From positions 1 to 44,864 of the forward strand of contig JABANN010000268.1 in NCBI GenBank assembly GCA_013115125.1: a stretch of 44,864 bases of DNA, written 5' to 3'. Shown in pieces: positions 1 through 12,305 of this stretch. Every line of letters begins with the position of its first letter. Within the stretch, counting starts at the first letter, position 1. Under the pieces are notes generated by a model. That model ran no database searches. It was not told the DNA's origin and worked only from the letters and a program-made list of their open reading frames with translations. Both the position numbers and the translations under genes were made by a program. The DNA is from Perkinsus olseni (taxonomy: Eukaryota).

Positions 1-71
<71 letters not shown>
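1..71. repeat. (TTG)n microsatellite, truncated by window edge
   Basis: Perfect TTG run from base 1 to 71; explains the poly-Leu ORF. Confidence 0.98.
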
Positions 72-72
<1 letters not shown>

Positions 73-579
73 CAGCATTTGGCAACAGGAGGATGTACAG
101 ACCCAGCACGTCAACTTTATACGGGAGCTCCAGGAGAAGACCCGACGGGTTGGGCAACGCCGCAGCATTGATGCATGCGAGGAGCAGCTCTTCGAGTACG
201 CCTTGGCGATCGCGGGCCGGACTGGTGCAGACGTGAAGGACACGAGGCTATCACGGGAGCTCCGTGAGAGGCAAAGTCAACTGAGGGCAGCTGTGGGTAT
301 TGTCTATACGGCTTGGATGAAGGGAGGCTCATGAAGGCTCATCATTCCGATGTGCATCTATGATGTTATTGATGTTGGATGTCCAAGTTCTCGTTGGTTG
401 TGTTCACCTTCTTGTCACGGATTGGCGGAGGAAGTAGCTCATGCTGTTGCTTCGTGGGTGCTTACCACTCGTCCGAGATGGCTGACCGTGTCTGCTTCGT
501 TTTACGGCTCGGGAAAAGTAGAGCTGAATCGAGGGATCAGGCTGAATAAGCCCTCTTGCTCAGTGCAGCTGTTGTTGTG

Positions 580-3500
580 ATGATGATGGATGGCCCCTAC
601 AGAGTCAGAGCGGACTCGGAGCAGTCGAGGGACGTCCACGCCTGTGAGTTGGTACGTCCAGCAGTGATCATCCCAGAGCTCACTATCCAAGGCTACGATA
701 GAACGCTGAGGGCTGTGGCTGGCAGCGAGGCGGCCCTTAGAGACTATGGGGCTATGATGAGCAGTAATATCTGAGGGAGCACCCACTCGCCTTCCATTGC
801 TACTATGACGTCCGATTGCTATTTTGCATAGTCATTGCGAAAAGGTATTCAGCGGCGATTTCGTACGGGAACGACGACAATTGAGCGACCATAGGTTGAG
901 GCATAGACTAGCGTACCTTCATCGCGGATGATGAGCGTTACGCCGGGTTGAATATGCTATCGTGTATGTCAACGGAACGCCCCGCACGCGGTGACGTAGT
1001 TGGACTTTCTGTAGGCCTCGGGCTGAATGGATCCGAAGACGGTGGCAGTGATGTACCCTTCAAGACTCGACTGATGCCCACAACCCTCCTGCCAAGGCCT
1101 TTCCCAAGAGAGCAGTGAGTTGATCATTGAGGAGACTGGGGCAGTGTCCGAGCCTCGTCAGATTCGACTACGTCTATCACGCGAGCGCTGTGATGGTGCG
1201 TTTGATTGATACAGCGGCCGTTGACAGCGCATGGATTGGAGATAGAGTCAGCACGGTGAGCTGGTGCTCCGTGTACGAAGGGCCTTTGAGCTCATGTGCT
1301 AGGCTCCTAGCCTCGACCGACGATTGGTGGATACCTGGCGGCAAGTCTACTTGGAAGGGAGGGGGAGGTATGAGGATCAGATCAGACTGTAATGTTCATC
1401 GAGGGCCGGAGCTGTTGGGATGCCGGCTCGATATCGCTTCGCAGCTGCGCAGCTGGTACATATACGAAGAGATCAACCCCTCGGTGTTCACTGGAGGAAA
1501 AAGTCCCGCTGGTCGTCGTCGTGGCAACTCGAGGCAGCTGGATTTCACAAGTCCGTTTCCTTGCTATTCGTGATTATTGCTCCGGTATTCTGGGAATACC
1601 AGCAGTTGTTGGAATTTTGATATGGCATTCCGGGGAAAGGGTAGCAGGAAGAAAGAAAAATGCTGAGAAGGGATACTAGAGCGGCGAAATGTAGCGGGAG
1701 TGTTGGAGGCACTCGGCATCTGTTCGGGAGCCGAAGTTGCCGGAGCGTTGGTGCTTGGTAGCATACTGTTCCCTCTTAGGCATTTGATGAGGCTCGACTA
1801 TTCGCCAGGAGCTCCTTCTGGTCCGTCCGCTTCGTTGAAGGCAGTCCACGTCACTCCGGAGTTGGCAACGGCGGCTCAAAGGGTCTCTGTGAGTTGGCAG
1901 GGACAGCACTGTTCGGCATGTCACCGAGGTCCGACAGGAAAAGATACGCTTTTGTGTGCAGTGTCTCCACCATATGACAACATTGACATCAGCGCTCAAC
2001 AAAATTGGTCAGTGCGAGCTGCCCGATAATAAGACGGCCAATGAGATCGCTACTGCAATGGCCGAGGCTGTCCGGCTCTATAACGAGAGGTATTCGGCGG
2101 ACTTTCCCCTTTCGTGGCGGGGCGTGCACGGGAATTACGTAATAGCTGCGAGTGGTATCTTTAGTGTCTGTTGTACGCAGTGGTCGACCTTCCTCTCCGG
2201 ATTGTCTTGTCAGTGGAGGAGTGGAGACTATCGGAATCCTTGGGCGACTGTTGGGACATTATCGTTCGAGATTGCCAGTTTTTCGTCTATCACCGGCAGT
2301 AGTGTTACGGCGCTCATCGAGGTTCCACTCCGTTCTGGTAAGAGGAGCTGCACAGCCTCTCTCCCTTGCACAAGGTACCATAGGAGTAGTCGCGACGTCT
2401 GTATCGTGAGGAACGCAAAGAGTGGTACTGCGGCTGGCAGTGGACTGATAGAGTAACAGCTGAGGCAGCGGTGGTACTGTCGGAAGAGGCTTTCATTCGC
2501 CAGAGCGGCGCTGTTGGTGAATCACGCCCTAGCCAGTCATAGACGGACAGTGGAGGAGCTTATGAGGGACGTGCAAGTGGATGAACAATCACGGGTAGTT
2601 CGACGCTTTTCATGAGAATAGCTGGCGTCTTGGCATAAGCGATCCACATTTGCTCAGCTCGGTATCCATGATGGGTGCTCTCTCTTGTCAGGTGGTCCGA
2701 CTTGTGAGGCCTCTGGACCCGGCGAGGACGGTGGAGGTTGCCCTAGTATATTACGAGTCGCCCGGATACGATTTCGATGGTAGTATTCCCAAGGGACTTT
2801 ACGGCAAAGAGTTGCAGAGCTCAGATGAAGCGGCTTGGACCGTCCGTCGAGCGCTAGAGGAGAGTCTGGCTGTAACGTCCCCGTCGATTCCGCTGCAGCT
2901 CCTCGGTGAGGCCCTCGCAGTGGTGCTTTAGATTGGGGGTAGGGGCCGTCACTTCAGGACAGCCGGAGTTGCAGTTGTTGTGGCGGGGTGACGAGCGTCT
3001 TCGGTCTGCGCTGAGGTTCGATGAGCATTCTCCTGAAGACCTGTCGAAGTGTCTAGCGGTAGTGGCTCATCTCTCTGTATCATCCTTGGAAGCAGGATGC
3101 ATCAGGTTCTCCAGGATACCTCCTCCGGACCACTGGTTCCTAGTGGGATGCCGTGCGCGGCTGTAGACGTAGATTGGGCGTGAGTTTCATTCTCCGTAGA
3201 CGTCGATTTTGACTCCATCATGCCGAACTTGGTGTAGTCATGACACCAAGCACCGTAGGATCTCCTGTCACGAGCCTCATCGAAACTCTTTTCATATTAC
3301 TGATACTAGTATGTATATATTAGGGCATTAGAATCATCTTTATGCTTTACCAATGGTTTATATAGGACGTAGATGATACTGTGAATTATCTATAAAGCGT
3401 GACTCGGCGGATGATGCGCCGCCTCCACTAGGACCTGTGATCGACTGGTCGTCGTGTCTATGTGAGACTGTCTCGCAGAGTAGGGGTTGGGGCATTGCTT

Positions 3501-3831
3501 CGTACGGTAGCCAATAGCGTGACGTCGGCAGTAGTTGGACGGTTCAGGTGGAATTGAGCTCTAAGGAAGGGAGGGTTGTGAGTAAGGTTGTGGAGGATAC
3601 TGAGTGCGCTGTGGGTATATTCTCATGCCTGGTGATGAACGGAATGGAGGTGGCCTTCGATAGGACTGCTGGACATGTACTGCGAACCTTCGGGTGAGAG
3701 GGGCCTATCGAACTGAGAATCTTCACGACCATGATTGATCCAGGGACGACCTGTCCGAGCCTTTGATCGATACCGCCCTGCTCACTCCCAGAGATATCAC
3801 TGAGGATGGGAGTGACAGTGTTGTCGAATGA
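580..3831 (+). CDS. Divergent glutathione synthetase-like protein (multi-exon), probably catalytically inactive
   Basis: Exons are colinear with the two downstream GSS genes: SEAALRDYGAMMS, LMPTTLLPRPFP, LMRLDYSP, ELPDNKTANEIATAMAEAVRLYNE, AALLVNH..HRRT, DPARTVEVALVYY, LEESLAVTSPSIPLQLLG, VGIFSCLVM, GHVLRTFG, IDTALLT, then TGA at 3829-3831. Start and the exons at about 3060-3545 are uncertain. Confidence 0.8.
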
Positions 3832-4036
3832 TGCGGGTCTCTGTTAAGCTGACTTAGTTCACACGATGACTTGACTGAATGTTCTAGTGGACTTAATGTC
3901 CCTTCACACGAGATTTTCTGTCAAGTGCTCGAGAACTGTGTTTTTCCGGGTCCCTTGCGGGGCCATGGGGTTGCTTGTTTCATCTCTCTTATCGAGCAGG
4001 TTGAAACTGATTGACTGAATTTTTCCATCCCCTTTC

Positions 4037-6780
4037 ATGCCGGAATTGGTGACCGTAGTAGCATCAGCGGAGGAGAGTACCTCGTCGAGGCCATGGTCGC
4101 TGAAGTCGTATGAAAAATCCCTGAGGGCGATGGCTTCTAGCGACGCTGCCCTGAGAGGGTGTGGTGCGATGCTGAGCAGTAGGACCGAAGAGAACCGTTC
4201 TTTTAGTTCGAGGACTTGTTCTCTATCATCAGGTCTCGGAATTGCGGTGATACCGGAGAGTGACACCAGGCCACTGAAGAGCGCCGTCCTGCCTGTCGCC
4301 CTCCTCCCGAGACCCTTCCCGGCCCGCCAGTAGGTTCAGTGGGGGCGTTCCAGTGATAGCTAAGTCGATGGATGGTCAGGTTTAAGGCGGCGTGGCAGCT
4401 GGGCAGCACCATTGCTAAGCTCGTCGACAACATGTCCATCGATCCACAGTGGCTGGTGGACAGTCTGGCGGAAGTAAGGCACCGGTCTATTGATAGCATC
4501 ATCTCCCGGAGGATCCCTCGGTCACAGGTCGCGAAGGCTGATGACTTCACGAGACGGCTGGTGGACATCTGTCGTCGTGTCTACATCGATGGTGGCCGAG
4601 ATCATTCTAAGGACATACGCATGTGAGTTGTGTCGGACTTCCCTCCCGCGCGCAGGAGGGAGGGAGGGCTTCAACGGGCAGCTCCTTTGCGTTCGCTTGC
4701 AAATCTGGAAGTGCTCGACATTCTAATCGACACGCTGGTCGCAATGCTCGCCTTAGTAATACTGTAACCCTGCTGGGCATACCTACTTTTCACGAACTTA
4801 CATGGATCCAGTGCACTGTCGTGTGAGCATCCTGGGTTTCTCAGTCATCTACTCCGCCACGACTATCTCCCCACTACAGTTGATGGCCGCCTTCTACAAG
4901 TTGAAGTCAACACCATAGCTGCTGGCTTTGCGGGGATGGGAACTCAAGTCTCGGTAAGTCATCGAGGCGATGCGTTTCATGGATATACTCAGCGTGATTC
5001 CGTGGAAAGTTGGTACTCGATGTGAGCAGCTATTGCCGCTCCTAATCGTAGTGCGCTTCTTACCAAGTGTCTTTCAGACGTTCCATCGGATGACCGCTTC
5101 TGCGGCCCTCAATGATCTCAAGCCCTCCCAAGTACCGGAGAACAAGCCTATCGCCGACTTTGCGAACGCTATGGCCGAGGCTGTGAGCGCTTACAATGAG
5201 AAGTGGGTCTTGGCCGTAGAATTTCGAGACCCATCTGAGTGTTTGCAGATTCGGTCGCCATTCGCGCACTATTTGCATGGTGGTGGACGCCCCGGAAGAC
5301 AACGAATGCGACCAACGTTTTATAGAGTGGGATTTATTCCAAAATAAACGGTCGTTTATACTCGCACCGCAGGTCTGTGCTTCTTGCCAATCACGGTATT
5401 AACGTTGAACGCCGGACCATGACCGAGTTGGCTGATCATGTTTCTGTGGACAGCCAGACGCACGTGAGACGATGTTCGTCTTCGAGTCGGAGGATTCAAC
5501 TTTTCTTCTTGCAGATTGTCCTGATACCCTCATTAATAGATCCTGAGCGGATGGTGGAAGTAGCTCTTTTTTATTTCCGGACTGGTTACGGACCGAGCCA
5601 GTATCTCAATGGTGAGGGCATGGGGGCAGCGGTGGTGGTCGAAGCGACTGGTGTGGGTAGATTCACACTGGGCCCTCCGTGAGAGTTTGGAGAGGAGCAA
5701 AGCCGTCATGTGTCCATCGGTTCCACAACAGCTCACTGGTAGGCGGAGCGAAGCGATGTCATTTTCGTGCGATTATCGCTGGTTTTGGTTGGACCGGTTT
5801 GCCTTAGGCACTAAAAAAGTACAGCAGCTTTGGTACAGCGATCCGAGTGTGATGACTCAATTTGGATTGACCGAAGAGGAGGCTGATAGGATGAGGGAGC
5901 ATTTTGCGGTGGGTGTGGTGGGCGTGGTGACGGGGGTGGTTGATGGAGTGGCAGGTGCAAGTGGATCCCTCGGTGGCCAAGGAGACTGTCGCAGCTGCTT
6001 TGAAGGACCAAACGGCCTGGGTAGGGAGGACCTCCTCGACATCATCATCATCATCATCATCATCATTTGTCCATCAACAGGTTTTGAAGCCCCAACGTGA
6101 AGGAGGGGGTCACAACATGTACGGCGACGAGCTAGTCGACACCCTCACAACAAGCTCCAACGACGAACTAAAACAGTAACACCCTCGATGGTGACAGCTG
6201 ATCTGAGCTAAGGATCTTGCAGGTTCGTGTTGATGGAGCGGATGCTGCCCGCCCCCCTGCCCTGCCTGGCCATCGATGTGAGTACATCATCCCTCTCCTC
6301 TCCCCACTACGATTCTTGTCTTCAGACCCCAGCCAGTCGGGAAGCCTCTCGAGTGGTACCGAAGATCATCTCCGAGGGGGTATCAGAGTTGGGCATCTAC
6401 TCAGCTTTGGTTATGAAGGGCAATCATACCGTTATGGACAAACCATGTGGGCATATGCTCAGGACTAAGGATGTGTAAGGACCTCTCCCTTCCCGATTCC
6501 ACCACCTTACATTAAGCGTAGGTGGTTTAATACAATAATACTATTTAATAATAATAATTAATACTATGTATAATACAATTAAACAATTAATACAATACTA
6601 TTTAAATTAGGTTTAAATGTATTTAAACCTCCCCCCTCACCTCGCGCTTTCCATTTCCGACTGTCCATCGGCATCCTCTTCTCCCCGATCAGGAACGTCG
6701 CTGAGGGTGGTGTCCATGCCGGCTTCTCGGTTATTGACTCGGCCCTGCTAGTTGATGAAGACGTCTCTTCCTCCTCGTAG
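4037..6780 (+). CDS. GSS: Eukaryotic glutathione synthetase, copy 1 (multi-exon)
   Basis: Spliced product has LLRHDY, QVEVNTIAAGF, YFRTGYGP, CPSVPQQLTGTKKVQQ, VLKPQREGGGHN, FVLMER, SELGIYS, GHMLRTK and EGGVHAGFSVIDS; stop TAG ends at 6780. The start could be the ATG at 3965. Confidence 0.93.
5796..6484 (+). repeat. Near-identical duplicated tract (copy A) shared with 9041-9717
   Basis: Exons and introns of GSS copy 1 match those of copy 2 almost base for base over about 680 nt. Confidence 0.95.
6040..6066. repeat. (CAT)9 microsatellite in a GSS1 intron
   Basis: Nine CAT units; the paralogous intron in GSS2 has only GACATCATCGTCACT. Confidence 0.9.
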
Positions 6781-6944
6781 CGGTCACTGACTTGTCTTGC
6801 TGTTTGTTTAGAATTGTCTATCGATTGTTCTCAAGATTGCTCTGGACTGATGTAGCACTGTCATTTCAGTTTTCCCAAACACTGCAAGTCCCTTGGAGGG
6901 AAATCTTAGCTCGACGCTTCCATCCAGTAATTGTCCTCGAGTTC

Positions 6945-9900
6945 ATGTCCCACCCGATGGTCAGATCAGTCCTCTGACACCAGTTTACGTCGTCTTTGTT
7001 GTTACGTTCCCTGATGCCCTCCCCTCCGAATGCTCATATAGCCTCAGTTGCAGGGCCCTTGCGTGGCAGTGGTGTAGCTGTCCATTCAGTGCCAGGATCG
7101 CCGCCTTTGACGAGAGCCGTCTATGAGAAGTCTCTGAGATCGCTGGCATCCAGCGAGGCTGCACTTCGGGACTGCGGTGCTATGATCAGCAGTACGTCAT
7201 TGCTTGCTTGTGGCATCCTCTTTGCGGTTTTGAAGCTCGTAGCCACGTTCTAGTACTGATAGAGGGAATTCGAGGATTTATTGGTATCTTTTTCTCTGTC
7301 GGGCACCACCTTTGACTGTGTAAATAGTCGCTAGGCTGAGGCTGGACAGAGCGGCTGGTCCCTCTCAACGTCATCATTATTCGACTCACGACCTATGATG
7401 TATCGGACTTCGCGTGATCAACCCGCCCTATCCTCAGGTCTCGGGATATCAGTTCTCCCTGAAAGCAAGACGCAGCCTTTGAACAGCCAAGTTTTACCGT
7501 TGGCTCTTCTGCCCAAACCATTCCCTAAGAAAGAGTAAATCGCGGTCAAGTATGGCTTCGCGGCAGAATCGATTTGCTAAGGTTTGAGGAAGTGTGGGAG
7601 CTCAGCAGCGTCGTGGACAAGCTCATCGACGGTCTGACTACTCACCCTGAGTGGCTCGTCGAGCAATTGCAGGGCGTAAGAGCAGGCCTCTAGGAGTTGG
7701 TTTGATCTGAGGAGTTCGAGTAGGTCACCGAAGCTGATGACTTCACGAGACGGCTGGTCGACATTTGTCGAGATGTCTACATCGATGGCGGCCGAGATCA
7801 TTCTAAGGACATACGCATGTAAGTACCGGTTTCCTGAGCTTCGTCTTGGTCGGGGAGAAGGACTCGCAGCGCTGGCGAGAGCATACGGATAATCTGCGGG
7901 TGGTTCATTGGCTGGTCCTCAAGGTACCTTCTCCGACAGGACTACCTGCCAACGACAGTAGGTAACAGGCTGTTGCAGGTGGAGGTCAACACTGTGGCTG
8001 CTGCTTTCGCTGGGATCGTATCGCGGGTGTCGGTAAGTTCCAACTCGCTCTTTCGGTCCGCATCTTTGGTGACGGCATCCAGTCTGAAATGCCGAAGAAC
8101 CTTTTCGCTACAACCAATTTTGAGTATCATGCCCATCATCTCAGTGCCTCCATCGGATGACGACTCTGGCTGCGCTCGACGGAGTAGCCCAGTTCACCTT
8201 GCCTGATAACAAGGTTGTCAACGCTTTCGCTGATGCCATTGCGGCGGTCAATCGGGTTTATAACGAGACGTAAGACGCGCCGCCCATCGGGGGAGGAAGA
8301 AAAATCGATTTTCGGGGTGGCGCTGCTGTAGATGACTCGATACTGTCAGGTACTGCCGTGACACTCATGATGTCTGCATGGTGGTTGAGGACGGCGAGGA
8401 CAATGAGTGCGACCAGAGATTCCTCGAGTAGGTTGCGCACAGTGAAGATTTTGGATATCCGCTCCATCTTCAGGGCAGCGCTGTTGGTCAACCACAACAT
8501 AGCTGTACATCGAAGGACACTGAAGCAGCTCGCACAGCAGGTCTGTGTTGATGGAAGGACGAAAGTAGGCTGCTGGAGGGGAGGTACTTGGTGAGTTATG
8601 GCTGTGTCGCGATTCTATTCCGTGGCGTCCACGGGTGAACCTCGGATACTAGTGGCATGCACGAGTTAGGACTATCATTTCCTACTTGCGGTTTATCTGT
8701 TATTGCGATTCGCGAATCTCACGAAGGGCCATACCACTCCTTTCGCGCATCCTGCAGAGGCGAAGAGCACAGCGTATCTTCAGGTCGCAAAGATCCCCAA
8801 TATCATCGACCCCAGCCGTATGGTAGAGATCTCGGTCTTCTACTATCGTGCTGGTTATGGACCTGCCCACTACGTCGATGGTGGGTGAGGGCGGAGGGAC
8901 GAACGCGACGGGAATCACTTCTGCTCAGAGTCCTGCTGGGATGTCCGGAAGCGTTTGGAAGAGAGCGTGGCTGTGAAGTGCCCATCAATTCCCGAGCAGC
9001 TGGCCGGTGGGGCTGAGGTGTATCGCACGGGGGGCTAGTTGGTTTGCCTTAGGCACTAAAAAAGTGCAGCAGCTTTGGTACAGCGATCCGAGTGTGATGA
9101 TTCGATTTGGATTGACCGAAGAGGAGGCTGATAGGATGAGGGAGCATTTTGCGGTGGGTGTGGTGGGCGTGGTGACGGGGGTGGTTGATGGAGTGGCAGG
9201 TGCAAGTGGATCCCTCGGTGGCCAAGGAGACTGTCGCAGCTGCTTTGAAGGACCCAACGGCCTGGGTAAGAAAGAGCTCCTCGACGACATCATCGTCACT
9301 TGTCCATCAACAGGTTTTGAAGCCCCAACGTGAAGGAGGGGGTCACAACATGTACGGCGATGAGCTAGTCGACACCCTCACAACAAGCTCCAATGACGAA
9401 CTAAAACAGTAACACCCTCGATGGTGACAGCTGATGTAAAGTGGGCATCTTGCAGGTTCGTGCTGATGGAGCGGATGCTGCCCACCCCCCTGCCCTGCCT
9501 AGCCATCGATGTGAGTACATCTGCCCCCTCCCCTCCCCACTACGATTCTCATCTTCAGACCCCAGCCAGTCGGGAAGCCTCTCGAGTGGTACCTAAGATC
9601 ATCTCCGAGGGGGTATCAGAGTTGGGCATCTACTCAGCTTTGGTTATGAAGGGCAATCATACCGTCATGGACAAACCATGTGGGCATATGCTCAGGACTA
9701 AGGATGTGTAAGGACCTGAGGGGTATCCTGTGAGACCTCACCTGAGCTCCACGAGCGCTCCTAGGATTGGATTTCCCATACAAAAACGATAGCGAATTCA
9801 ACGCTGTTGGAGGTCTATTGAGCATCAATATAGTATGCGAGCCCTTGGGGGCCGGTCTGAGTGACGCAGCCAGGCGCATTCGGAAGCCTCTCGAATGATG

Positions 9901-10000
9901 ATCTTTTCTCAGGAGCGTTATGGAAGGGGGAGTGCACGCCGGCTATGCTGTCATGGACACTGCCTTGCTGACGGAAGATGATATTACTGATTCTCATTAG
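6945..10000 (+). CDS. GSS: Eukaryotic glutathione synthetase, copy 2 (multi-exon)
   Basis: LLRQDY, QVEVNTVAAAF, YYRAGYGP, CPSIPEQLAGTKKVQQ, KPQREGGGHN, SELGIYS, GHMLRTK; last exon SVMEGGVHAGYAVMDTALL ends TAG at 10000. Confidence 0.93.
9041..9717 (+). repeat. Near-identical duplicated tract (copy B) shared with 5796-6484
   Basis: Direct comparison with copy A, from ggtttgccttaggcactaaaaaag to gtaaggacct. Confidence 0.95.
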
Positions 10001-11046
10001 AGTGTTGCTCAACTCCCATTTATGTTAACGGCCCTCGACCCCGTTTCCATTTTTTCTGCGGGTTTATCTCCCTCATGATAGCTGCGTTCAAAGGGTCAAT
10101 CGCGCATCACCGTGTAGCGTATCAGTACGTTGGCAGTTTATGTCAGCCGGGCTTGGTGCTAGCCATGATGTCTGGTGCACTCTCTCGTGATCGCTCTCCA
10201 CCTGTGTCACCAGCAGTCTCAGCCTTGTCGGCTACCAGCGAGGCTTCCTTCAAATCGGTCAGGGGGGCACAGGTATCTTTGAAACTCGTGAATGTCAAGG
10301 TTAACCTCTGATGCACTCAGATCGGTCGAGGCAGAACGGCCAAGCTCACTGGAGCCAGTCGCAGTTCAGGCCCGCTGGTTCGGAGTTGGTTTAGTAAAGT
10401 CGTGAGCGTTAGCGTTCCTAATAACGCGGCCGACGACGACACTCCGGGTCCCTTCGAGCAGCTCCTCGTTGTCGCCTTCGCTGTGGCCTCGTCACATTCC
10501 GAGGGATCCTTGTGGCAGCAGAAGGTACCTTGTGTATGGTCGACAACTCTATTCGAGAAGACGCCCCTCTGTCAGCTGTACTGGTGCATGCTGGCTTTGG
10601 CTGCGACAAGTCTGCTGTGTGTGTGCCTCGTCCCTCCTGGGGTGAGCTCAACGACTCCAACTCGGATGCCGATATTACCATTGAGGTTGCTCTTCTTGTT
10701 GTATCGACTCGTAGCTGTACGACGTTGCTCATGGACTCTAGGGCGATCACTCTAGGGTGTTAATCGAATCATCACCGGAATACCGCTCGAATCCACGGCA
10801 ACCACAGACTTGTCGGTAGTAAATACGATGAGATTCCAATATAGACGACGCCGCTTCATTGTAGCAGTCCTTCTAACTGTGTGATGGTGTGGGTACTCAC
10901 GACTACCGTTAACGCCCGCTGTGAGGCTGTGCCTTCTATCGCCACGCTTTAACGCACCGCGTGTGCCCTTTTCTCAGGCGAATAGGAAGCCTGGCGGAGT
11001 AGCGGCTGTGGTTGGCTGGCTACCTCGACAAGTGTGCGACTTTTTC

Positions 11047-12153
11047 ATGCTGCGTTGGCCTTCCATAATAGCCACTTCCCTCGCGTACCGCGGCCTAGTG
11101 CTCCTAGCCTTCCCCATGACCCTGGGTTACCTCCTCTCTCTGGTAAGCTGGGACACTTGGTTGAAGGTCGAGGAAGGCGCTCCCTTCAGGTCTTCTCCTG
11201 CTACCGTTTCACCATGTATCTCGTCTATGTGATAACGTACCTCAGCTTCTCCTTTCCCCTCAGCACCCTCCTGCTTCTCCCCGTCACCGTCATCGTTGGA
11301 CCGAAGTACCTGAGTAAGTCCACACGTAACGGCACGATTGCATATCAAAAGTGTACATTGACGCTCACGAAATTCACACTGTGCTCTCTACAACGATGAA
11401 ACGGTCGGTGAAACGGCTGATCGATATGTCAATGATTTTCTCTTCACAAAACATAAGCATTCTAATGTAAGTACCACATACTAGTGGAGAAATCTCTATT
11501 TTTTACGACTTCCACATCAGAATGGTGTGCATTGTAGACGCTCGTTGGACATGTGTTGGCTTCTCAGAGTGGATTCTGCTGCTACTGGGGTGGAGTATTT
11601 TGATCTACGTCGCCCTCAGTGGTCTGATAGCGATGTACACCATCAATAACGTCACCCAGGTGAGGGCCCTCGATGGCGGTAGCTTCCTGCTTCGCTGGGC
11701 GGGATAGGCTTCCCAGGTTGAATGCCCAATACTCGCGAGAATTGTTGTTCAAGTTGGCGATTCATACTCCTTGCCCTTCCTGAGTGGTCCTCTGACGCAG
11801 TCTGCGAGTGAGATTGAGGCCGCACGAGTTGTGACTTGTTGGTGATCTCCTAGGTCCGGGTGCCTGCTTTGTTGGCCTGGAGGCTGGACCACTTCGGTAG
11901 GCGGTCACGTAGGAGGGCGAGCAGCAGCAGACATCACCGAGTAAGGAAACGTCCTGCGCCGCGACCAGTGGCTGAGATCACAACGCCGGGTCGGAAGAAG
12001 GTTGCATCGTTAAAGTCCGAGGTGAAGCCGACTATCCTTGAAAAGCACCTAGAAGGGGACTCCAGAGACCGAATTAGCTCGCTGATCTCCCAGTCGACCA
12101 TGGCTTCGGTTGGACGAACGGGGTCCGGGCCTTTGGTCGGGGATGACAGCTGA
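11047..12153 (+). CDS. Hypothetical multi-pass membrane protein (multi-exon; may begin upstream near 10165)
   Basis: Hydrophobic exons bounded by GT/AG (LVLLAFPMTLGYLLSL; YLVYVITYLSFSFPLSTLLLLPV; WILLLLGWSILIYVALSGLIAMY) followed by a basic C-terminal exon. No family recognised. Confidence 0.45.
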
Positions 12154-12305
12154 CCTGGCCCGCTTGGTGACGAGGAGAATCGCACCCCAATGTTTTCCTA
12201 CTCACGATTTCGCCTAATTTGATCGTTTTTTATGCCGCCCGAGCGTTGCGCTGTCGTCTCTCGCTGAGCTGTTGGTGATGAGGATGGTCTCAGCTGATTT
12301 GAGCG

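Noticed and set aside
3-236. Poly-Leu ORF
   Set aside because: Translation of the TTG microsatellite.
77-480. Possible RING-like exon (CGYCLYG) or 3' end of an upstream gene
   Set aside because: Several frames are equally plausible and the remaining RING ligands cannot be spliced convincingly.
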